Source: Chrysomallon squamiferum (Eukaryota; Animalia; Mollusca). From it: a stretch of 64,000 nucleotides of DNA. A program made the translations under genes and the position numbers. Position 1 is the first letter of the stretch. Each line of letters opens with the position of its first letter. Positions 1 to 9,598 of the stretch are shown piece by piece. The notes beneath the pieces were generated by a model. That model was not told the DNA's origin and ran no database searches. It was given only the letters and a program-made list of their open reading frames with translations. The stretch covers positions 23,374,001 through 23,438,000 of the forward strand of contig CM022673.1 in assembly GCA_012295275.1 (NCBI GenBank), in the 5' to 3' direction.

Positions 1-647
1 AAATATGAAAACAGGCTTGTATTTGATGTCACATTTGCTTCAGTAAATGTAAAATCTATATGGAATTTCCACGACGGGATAATATCTTCACCATTGTGTT
101 TCCAAATAACTTGTCTAGAATCAGGTTCTACTTCTGATTCGAAAATCATGAAATCATAACAGCGAAACTTGACATCTTCGTTATTGTATCTGAAATGCTC
201 CTCAAGAAACTTAGGTTTTTCAGTTCGAATCATCGATGTTGTTTCATTTCTGTTTTCATCAATTATAATCACGCTGTCATCTAGACGACGTATCACGTTT
301 CCCTTAAGCTGTTCCCAGCAGAGTAGAGCCAATGAGTCTAAACCGTGAGCCACTAGAAAATAACTTAACAGTGAAATAAACAGCAAATACAGGCCAATAC
401 GCCATGCACCGTATCTCCTGTAATAATCATGAAAATACCCAAGAATCAAACAGACGATCAACCTCAAAAACAGTGACGTCTGCTCGATAACTGCCCGCCA
501 GTTGACGTAACAAACTTCAACACTGCTTGTTTGGCCAATGAAAAAAGTAAATAACGAACCAGTTAAACTTGCAACAGAAAACAGAAACAGCCACTTTCTT
601 GAAGTTTTCTTTTTACTTCGACAGCAACGTTTCAGTTGGTGATTCAT
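1..647 (-). CDS. 5' part of a multi-TM/Ig-domain receptor gene (paralog of 4027-6320); runs off the window start
   Basis: Open frame from ATG at 647 (immediately after a ...ttctaacag acceptor) to base 1: MNHQLKRCCRSKKKTSRKWLFLFSVASLTG...NVIRRLDDSVIIIDENRNETTSM...EEHFRYNNEDVKFRCYD...VIWKHNG. It is colinear with the 4027 protein (NVIRRLDDSIVIVNENRNETTSM, EEHFRYDYEDVRFHCYD, VLWKHNG). Absent from the ORF track because the stop lies outside the window. Confidence 0.88.
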   Translation of the reverse strand, partial: MNHQLKRCCRSKKKTSRKWLFLFSVASLTGSLFTFFIGQTSSVEVCYVNWRAVIEQTSLFLRLIVCLILGYFHDYYRRYGAWRIGLYLLFISLLSYFLVAHGLDSLALLCWEQLKGNVIRRLDDSVIIIDENRNETTSMIRTEKPKFLEEHFRYNNEDVKFRCYDFMIFESEVEPDSRQVIWKHNGEDIIPSWKFHIDFTFTEANVTSNTSLFSY

Positions 648-924
648 CTGTTAGAACAAAATGAGAATCATACATTACGTCTTGGATTTTTACAACAAAA
701 TACCCGCGGAGCGTAATTTCATACGAGAATTTAACACATTTTCATCTCTGGAAATGATTTTCTTCATTTTTCCCTTTCTATTTTCTCTTCTTTTTTTAAA
801 AAAAAAATTTATTATTATTATTATTATTATTATTTACACTTTATGGTAATTTACTTAATAAATTCGACAATATTGGTAAATAATACGACAATGATTTTTT
901 TCACTCTATTTTGTTTAAATTTTC

Positions 925-955
<31 letters not shown>

Positions 956-1198
956 ATAATTAAAGTGAGTAACAAGTATCTCTCTCTCCCTCTCTCTCTC
1001 TCCCTCTCTCTTATATACACACACACACACACACACATTTATGTATGCAAATATACATATGCATGTAATTAAATAAATAAATAAAAATGATTTAATGTAT
1101 ATTGCCTCTATAAAATCCATCTGAAAATCAGGTAACGCCGGCATGACGTAGGTAGTGTATATCCGCAGAATTTATCATATATCTAAATAAAACTAAAA

Positions 1199-1233
<35 letters not shown>

Positions 1234-1260
1234 AATTGTATCTTTATTAATGAGTGGATG

Positions 1261-1322
<62 letters not shown>

Positions 1323-2164
1323 CAGAACATGTTTTCCAAAAGAAACATCGAATTGCAGAACAGTTACAACACATACTATAATGATGAAAGTAGGTGTTAT
1401 GTTCATTTCAGTGATAGTTTATTATTATTAAAAATATATATATTTAGAAACTTCATTCATCTCCACAACTCGTAAAGAGTAATGAAGCACTAGAACGCGT
1501 GAAAAATCCGTATGGACATTCTGAAGAATATTAAGTCGCTTCTGTTTGAAAGATAATTAGGACCACTGTCTTTCGTGAATCGAATAGAATGAAATCTAGT
1601 TATTTTCGTAATGTTATTTTCCATTTTTTTCTCTTTGCGTTTATTCTTTCATTCCATTCAATTTTCCTACAGGAATAATTGAGGGATATAAAACAAGAAG
1701 GGAGATAACTCCAGTAACCTTCCTAATTTTAGTTATATTAACGGTTGCTTATCTAAATAGATTTATCTTTTCTTTTCTTTTTTTTTAAATTAATTTAAAA
1801 ATTAAAATTAAAAAGTCAGTTATAGGTGTAATTTGCTGACTCATTAGTTTCATGTTTCTTCGGTAAAGAATTGAATACAAACCATGCAGATAACGCACAG
1901 AACTATTGCAGAAGACAACTAATCCTGCGATCTGTCAGACGTCATTCATAACTTCCAATCAACGATACAACCCGCATAAAACAAATATAAACTTAACCAC
2001 ATAACAATGAAAATATTATATTTAAGCTTATTTATTTGTAAAATCAATAAACTAAATAAAGAATTAATATCCGGATTACTTTACAAACACCACCAGCAAT
2101 AGCAACAATAATAATAATAATAACAAAATGTAATTTAAAAAATAACATACCACAAACCTTGAAG

Positions 2165-2300
2165 TGTCAGTTTCAGTATCACTAAAATGGCGTCACGGTG
2201 TATTAATGGTATATGAAATACCGTCAGAATGAGATCGATAAACATCTGAATTTATCGATCATGCGCATTACACTTCGTGATAGAGAAAAACGGATTTTCC
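2165..2300. promoter_or_regulatory. Putative promoter motif cluster for the minus-strand receptor gene
   Basis: ISRE-like AGTTTCAGTATC (2169-2180), YY1-type AAAATGGCG (2184-2192), perfect 10-bp inverted repeat GATCGATAAA/TTTATCGATC (2233-2260, DRE-like), ATGCGCAT, and kB-like CGGATTTTCC (2291-2300). Motif matches only. Confidence 0.4.
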
Positions 2301-2465
2301 ACCGCTACATTTAACTGAATCTAAAATTACTTTAGTAACGACTTGAAAAATGTCACTGTAGTTAGTTATGGTAATTCAAACCGTAAAATATCTGTTGATA
2401 GATGGTTTAACTGTAATTAAAAAACTAATAAATAAATTTAAAAAAAACAACTAATAATAATAAAA

Positions 2466-2509
<44 letters not shown>

Positions 2510-2959
2510 TATAATATTACTGTCGTGGTCGTAACTAAACTCTTTTTGAAATGAGGCAAAAACTCTAATCGTTGAGCGAAGCAAAAACATTTGGGCATTC
2601 TTTCTTGAAAGACGAAAAATCCTCGATTCTAGCCATTTCCTGGCACCTTTTTCCTAGTTCAGTAATCATAACTTTTTATGATTTAACTTTCGTATTTTCC
2701 ACTTTTCCAGGCAAGAGGGAGTACTTCGAAATCCATGTACAAAGAAATGCACTAAACGAACACCAGAATTAAAAGCAGTCTGGTAGACATAAACGAATTG
2801 ATTCAGTGGATGTCGTTTCGATCGGAATAGAAATTTATATTTTATATTTTTAAAATAAAATATTTATATAAAAATAAATAAATAAATAAAAAATAAAAAT
2901 CTCTGTATGTGTGTACGTATAAGTGTATATTTCTGGTATGTGTGGATGCCTCTCTGTTC

Positions 2960-3380
2960 CCGCCATCTGCAGTATGTGAAATAAAAACCTGGGGAAACCC
3001 GTTACTGACAGACGTGGAGTTATTCTATTGGCTAAACGACGTGTCTCCCCACCAGTCACAAGACCCAAGTCTCGATTTGTTTACTAACATTGTGAGGTAA
3101 TCAAGAAACAGTAGCGGTTATCCGCAGACTTTACCAACCTGAAACGAAGCTTGTACTTTTACCATTTTAACGGCGCTTTGTTGTAATTTTCAGGTCAGTT
3201 GTTTTTGTTTTTCTTTTTACTGTTTTGATATTTAAAACATATGTACATATTTACTGATAGTTTATACTATTACTATTTTCAGAGTTAAATATATTGCAGT
3301 ACGCAACACGACATAGAAAATCAAATCAGAGGTAAATGTTAATTTATTTCATATCACAGTGGTCGAAACTGAAACTCGTT
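2960..3380 (+). promoter_or_regulatory. Putative promoter and 5'UTR exons of the plus-strand Ig-TIR gene
   Basis: kB-like GGGGAAACCC (2991-3000), reverse CCAAT (3027-3031), perfect ISRE GAAACTGAAACT (3365-3376). Candidate donor cag|gtcagt at 3193, micro-exon 3283-3331 (ttttcag|...gag|gtaaat), and acceptor (T)n-cag| at 3969, upstream of the ATG at 4027. Confidence 0.5.
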
Positions 3381-4026
3381 CTGCACTCTCTGTATTGTTG
3401 TTGTTGTTGTTGTTGTTATTATTATTATTAATAGTGGTAATAATAGCAGCAATAGTAGCAGTAGCAGCAATTGTTGTAATAGTTACTGTTGTCGATACAA
3501 AGGCCAATCTTTATATAGAATAGTCTATTATTTTTCTATTACTTTCCAAATCCTATAAACAAGAAAATATGATTTAAAACAACAACTATACATGTAGCTT
3601 GTTACTTATACTATACTGAAGTATACACATACACCGAGACAGAGAGAAAAATATGGATAAATAGATCTACAGTTATAGAAACAAAGACATATAAATAAAT
3701 AGATATACAGATAGAGAGATTATACACTTTACAGAGAGACTGATTTATAGATAGACAGGTGGAAAGAGAGATGAATAGATAAACAGATACAGAGACAAAC
3801 GGACAAACAGACAGTTAAAACTAGATAATAGATAGGCTGATAGGCAGTAGGATAGGCAGACATACAAATATACTGAGAAATCAGCACTCAGAGGCAGAGG
3901 GATATAGGTAGACAGATTGACAGTTTTTGGACAAGAGTTAACATTATTATTATTCTTTTTTTTTTTCAGAAAACTTTCAAGAATATATTTTTGTTAACTG
4001 TCGACTTGTAACATCAATATAAAAGG

Positions 4027-6320
4027 ATGAATCAGGAACTTAGACTTCGAAGAAAACGTAGGTCTCCAACATACATGATACTGTTTCTGACATTTGGACT
4101 GATTTTCTCTGTCGTTCCGATTTTTTTGTTTTCGCCCGAAAACCCAGAAATATGGTGCATGAACTGGAGACCAGTCTTTCAGCAGAGTCTTCTGTATGCT
4201 AGACTCCTCTTTTTCGTTATTCTTCGACATCTGAAGAACATTTATGAACAATACGATAGCTTACATATTCTGTTATATTTGGGATACATTGTATCTGTAA
4301 GTTATGTTTTTGCTGTGTATGTTTTGGACTGGTGTGCGCTGAAAATGTGGACATGGACAAAGGATAATGTCATACGAAGGCTTGACGACAGTATCGTAAT
4401 CGTTAATGAAAACCGAAATGAAACGACATCGATGAGGCGAATTGCAGAAAAACCTCTTTCCGTCGAAGAACATTTCAGATACGACTACGAAGATGTTCGC
4501 TTTCACTGTTACGACACCTTGACGTTCGATTCGGAAGTGATGCCAGTGAACGGGCAGGTGCTCTGGAAGCATAATGGCAAACTGGTCAAACCCTCCGAGA
4601 AACTCAGCATTGACCTGTCTTTTGAGGAAATCAATGCTACAAACAGTACCCTAGGTTTGCATTCATACTTGGTTCAGTCAACGATGACAATATATCTCTT
4701 GGAAGACCGAGATTACGGAACGTACACATGTCACCTGAAACAAATGGCACTGACGAAAGTCTTTAAAAGCAGCGAAGAGCATGCACCAAAACACAGCAAC
4801 AACAAAACCCAGAAACGTAATCTCAAACGTCATTTTGATTTTGAATTCTCGCCTTGTATTTGTACTTGTATGTGTATGGATCTGGAGAATTACGTCAGAT
4901 TGTTAGAAATCATTGCCAAACAGTTCGAGGAAATGCTTTATCATTTTTACATCAGTTTAGAAATATTTTTCAATCATCTGCACCAGAAGCGCATAAATCG
5001 AACGACAAACTACGACTGGACAGGCCAGTTCAAGCTCACGAAAATAAATAAAACTAGAAAAACAGTTTCAGCTCCACCAGGAACAATTATATCAGTGAGC
5101 GCATCTTACCTGAATTTAGCTGAAAAGCAAGATATATCTCTGGATTACCAAATCAACAACAACGATTTTAGCAACGTGTGTGCCACTGATGTAAATAAAT
5201 GCTCCTTTTTCATCGTGATGTACTGGATTTTGTGGCACGCCGAAGGATTCTTTGGAGTTATTCCTAATTTAGGTATTTACTGGCTGCAAATGCAGAATTC
5301 TATTTTAGGAAAAGCATGGCTATGCGTGTGTCCATCAGCGTACGGTATTCACGTTTTCCGGTTTTATAGAAACTTCTACAATATAACAAGTGGAAAAACA
5401 GAAATCATAGAAGTGGAACATCACCAAACAATTAAACTCATTCCTCGATCAGCAGACCTACTTTTGGTACTCCATAACGATTCTAAACCTTTTGTAATAG
5501 CCGAAGAATGTTGGGATTCGGCAACTAAAAGTAGTTGGTGCTCCAAGCAGGAAAAAGTTATTTCAGAAATAAATACAAACTTTTTCTGGATCGAACGTTT
5601 GTCATGTTTTCTGTTGTTCAGTTTTGGAACACGAGTCACATGTTTTGTTATATGGCTCATAAATCAAATGGGAAAAAAAGGGAAAATAATTATTTTGGAA
5701 GGACTAAGACGTATTGTGACAACTAAGGAAACATTAGGCAGTATTGGTAATATGGGTTTACCTGCTATTATCGACGTTTACATTATTATGCAGACGCTGA
5801 GAATAATCTTGCGCATGACTTAGCGAACATATTAGAATCTTTTGGGAAGAAAGTGTTTTTCAGAGATCGCGATGTCGCAGGCGGACGCATAGAAACTGAA
5901 GCAGTGGGTGAAGCTATAGATACAAGCAGCAAGTATTTAGTCATTGTTTCCGACAACTACATCAACAGCCCTTTTCAGAATAGTTTCGAGTTTCACATGA
6001 TACTGAACAAAATACTCGAGAAGAGGATAAAAGGAAAAGATGTTTTACTGCTTATACACGGAACATGCAACACTGGAAATTTCTTCCACAATTGTACTGA
6101 TTTCGAAATAATAGTCAGTGCTCTGATTTGTAACGAAAAATTGAAACAGTGGTCATCAGCTGACAAGGAAGAGAAGTCAAATATCATGTTATTTGCTTTT
6201 CTTTTCTTGACCAGTGCCATATTCGGAACTGCAGTGACAGTTCCAAATGTTCATATCATTATTCTGAACTATATAACAACAGTATCAGTCTTGTTCTTGA
6301 CGAATGTTATTTATGGATAG
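4027..6320 (+). CDS. Membrane receptor with intronless CDS: 3 N-terminal hydrophobic helices - Ig domain(s) - TM - TIR domain - 2 C-terminal TM helices (IL-1R-like Ig-TIR); 1-nt frameshift at ~5786
   Basis: The 598-aa ORF has Ig hallmarks (VRFHC, VLWKHNG, TMTIYLLEDRDYGTYTC), NxS/T sites and a TM segment ending ...FVIWLINQMGKKGK. After DVYI the frame shifts by -1 into YADAENNLAHDLANILESFGKKVFFRDRDVAGG...AIDTSSKYLVIVSDNYINSPFQNSFEF, which matches TIR box1/BB-loop/betaC-alphaC. Restoring one T gives about 764 aa. Confidence 0.82.
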
Positions 6321-6519
6321 TAAAAACACGCTGTACATTATAAGTGTATTTCAGAACGTAAATACATGAAATCTTGCCGTATATGTAAATGTATAGTAAG
6401 ACTAACGACAATAAGGATGATGATGATAGTAAAAACTAGTAATACATCTTCCGCTTGTAAATCTTCTTAAATAAAATAATACTAACCATGATGATGATAA
6501 TGATAAAAAGTGAAAACTA

Positions 6520-7010
6520 ATAATACTTCTTTGGATTACCAAATCAACAACAAAAAGTTTATCAATGTGTGTGCCACTGATGTAAATAAATGCTCCTTTT
6601 TCATTCTGATGTACTGGATTTTGCGGCACGCCGAAGGATTCTTTGGAGTAAATCCTGATTTGCGTATGTACTGGCTACAAATGCAGGATCTACAGTGACA
6701 AAACCAAATGTTTATATCATTATTGTGAACTATATAACCAGATTGCCAGTCATATTGTTGACGAAAGTTATTTATGGATAGTAAAAAGAAACTGTACATT
6801 AAAAGTGTATTTCAGAATGTAAATACATTTCTGCAACAATCATTACGTTGTGCTCTGAGTGTGTGATGTTGTTACTTAATTTGATTCTAAAAATGAAATC
6901 TTGCCATATCTGTAAATATGTAGTAACAGTAATAAAGATGATGATAGTAAAAACTAGTAAATCTATTTAAATAAAATAATAATAATTATGATGATGATAA
7001 TGATAATAAT
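6520..7010 (+). pseudogene. Internally deleted tandem partial copy of the Ig-TIR gene
   Basis: ~6528-6688 matches ~5138-5298 (SLDYQINN...NVCATDVNKCSFFI.MYWIL.HAEGFFGV...YWLQMQ). It is joined directly to ~6690-6828, which matches ~6229-6367 (final TM, stop, 3'UTR), and ~6893-7005 matches ~6366-6505. No start codon, and an in-frame stop follows the junction. Confidence 0.85.
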
Positions 7011-7702
7011 GAAATGATATCGTTTGAATTATAACTGAATGAGTGGCAGATTAAAACACTGAAACGTTAAAGTAGTAACTTTACACTGAACAATTGTTAT
7101 TTTTATAGTTACATTCCCTGAGTCATTGAAAATCGTTTCTGCGAATAAACTAATGTATTTAATTCTAACATACATTAACAAGATTTTTCTATTGGAGAAA
7201 ATAATTTATACTGTTTTTTTTTGTTTTTTTTTAATAACAAAAATACTGAACAGATTTCCGTAAATAAATATAATGTTTATTTCAAATGCACAAATCATAA
7301 AAGTGATATAATTTTAATATGCAAATTACCAAGATCATGCTTTCTCCCATATTAAAAAAGCAGTATCTGGAATAAGAAAGTAAATAAATAAATAAATAAA
7401 TGATAGATAGATAGATAGTTAATCAGTCAAACAGACACATAGAAATAGTTTATATAGTTAGTTAGACAGATAGACAGATTGATAGACAGAGATAAAGGTA
7501 GACATATAGATCAATTAATCAAAAACCAGACATATAAATATATTATATTTTAAAATGATAGACAGGTTAGAAAGATGCATAGATAAATAAATTAAATAAG
7601 AATACAAATAAATAGGTCTGCCAATCTACTCGAATAAATTTAAAAAAAAGAAGAAAAAAAAAGAACAAACATAAATACTACTACTTACTTTTGTTTCTTT
7701 CT

Positions 7703-7896
7703 TTAACCCTTTCGACCCCAACGACGACCGCCGCCACGCCTGCCTCCCCATCGTCTGCCTCCCCAGCGACGACCACCACATCTACCTCGTCCACCTCGCC
7801 TGCCACGACGTCCCCAGGCATCGACAAATCCGAAGTCAAAAAGGAGAAGAGAGACTGCAATGATCGTTTGTAAAAACAAATGTTTTAGTTATTCAT
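7703..7896 (-). CDS. Secreted Gly/Arg/Trp-rich cationic peptide precursor (putative antimicrobial peptide); 1-nt deletion near codon 3
   Basis: Minus strand reads ATG AAT AA CTA AAA..., i.e. MN(K)LKHLFLQTIIAVSLLLFDFGFVDA|WGRRGRRGGRGRCGGRRWGGRRWGGRRGGGRRWGRKG*. The exon (7899-7689) is bounded by a ttcgatacag| acceptor and a |gtaagt donor. A 3'UTR exon starts at 7366 (ttcttattccag|) with AATAAA at 7281-7276. Confidence 0.72.
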
Positions 7897-9539
7897 GTTC
7901 TGTATCGAATTAAAATAAACATATTTTTACACAATTAGAAACAATTAACCTATTTTTAATTATGGTTTATATACTTTTGAATTTAATCAAAGCCGTAGGA
8001 AAGATAGTTTGTATTTTTCCAAGTGTTTCGTTGTTTCGTAATTTTTCTTTGTTTATTCAACAAAATTTTATAAAATTTCTACACTGTATCAGATAAAATA
8101 CCAGCATCTAGCCCATATTATTTTATTATCATACTTTATTATTAACACAGATTGGTCGTAACAAAAAAAAACATAAAAGGAATGTTTTGGAAGTATTCAC
8201 AGTTACACAATATATTTTGGTTATTTGCACATTTGTACATGCAGTAAATATAGGTCTTATTGTTAAACTGTATTTTGTCGTAGCGCATTCAAATCTTTAA
8301 GTCTGTGTATAATAGTTTGTTAGCTTTAATAAAATAACTATGACAAATAGTTATTTTTTATTTTTAATATTTCAAATCTGGCTAAATATAATATTCAGAA
8401 TTTAATCAAACTCAGCATTGTTTTGGAATATCTTAAATTTAATTATAATCAAATTTTCAATATTCGCAATTTAACTATTAGAGAATATTTCAAATTTAAC
8501 AGAGTTTTCAATAATGGAATTTTAAATGTAATAAAATATTTCTAATTCAACAATAATTTAATTCAATATTTAACTAAGTGTTCATGAACAAACTTTTTAC
8601 TTACATATTACAAGAAATACAAACAGAACTGATATCTTCATTGTTCAGGCTTGCAGACAATTACGGCTGTAACTCCTGTCTTTAAAGTCTCAAAGTCTGG
8701 ACAAACTAGGCTTATAGCAACAAGCTGGTTGATGCTTTAACTCCCTTGTCCAAGACTGGACACTAAAGCTTGACCATAACACTCGTCTTTTTATTCACAG
8801 TAGCAGCATGAAGCAAAATGATCGTGTGGACATTTAGATATGTCCAGGATATACGTGTGAATCCAAGTCATCTCGACAGGTGCTAATCTTGCTGTGAAGT
8901 GACTGCTAATTAACAGTACAGGAAGAAAAACACCTAAGTAGATGTGGGAGAATAACAAAAACGCTGTGTGATGTAACTGATACCGCTATGTTATATTAAA
9001 ATCAGTATAGGGAATCTAGGGGAGGTAGGTTGCACACTACTCGTTTCATTTAGCTTCAAATTTAAGCCAGTTTATAATTATTGTAAATATCATCTTGATA
9101 TATAATTTTTTGATTCAGGTTCACGCTGGTTTGCACTGTTTCCTAATGTTTTGAGATGATCTGTTTTTTAACATTCTTTTTATAGATTTTACCTCCCAGG
9201 TCTTGAAATTTTATGTACTTTATTAGGATTAATCTAATCATAGGTAAGAAGCATAAACGATTATTTTCGATTTTTTATTATCATCATATAACTTAATGTG
9301 TAAAATGTTTTTGTGCGATTGCTTGCACATTTATTTATTTAATTATTTATATACTTATATACCACTGGTTATTTCTCGTTCCATTCAGTGCTCTCCATAT
9401 CTGGTTTATCAAAGACTTGCATATGTTCTCTGTCTAGGAGATGGTGCAAATAAAATATTTGTTATTTGTTATTCAATAAGGAATTGTATCGTCAAATAAA
9501 AATACCAAAACAACAGTAATAAATAAATAAATAAACAAA

Positions 9540-9598
<59 letters not shown>

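Noticed and set aside
5853-6320. Separate 155-aa TIR gene
   Set aside because: GTG start in the middle of the TIR fold. Its frame carries TIR sequence upstream to ~5787, so it is the frameshifted continuation of the 4027 ORF.
7703-7712. TTAACCCTTT resembling a piggyBac end
   Set aside because: No matching opposite end was seen nearby; explained by AAG GGT TAA at the end of the peptide CDS.
7691-7873. Plus-strand Ser/Thr/Pro-rich 60-aa ORF (mucin-like)
   Set aside because: TTG start and no acceptor. It is the antisense shadow of the Gly/Arg/Trp peptide exon, which has proper splice sites on the minus strand.
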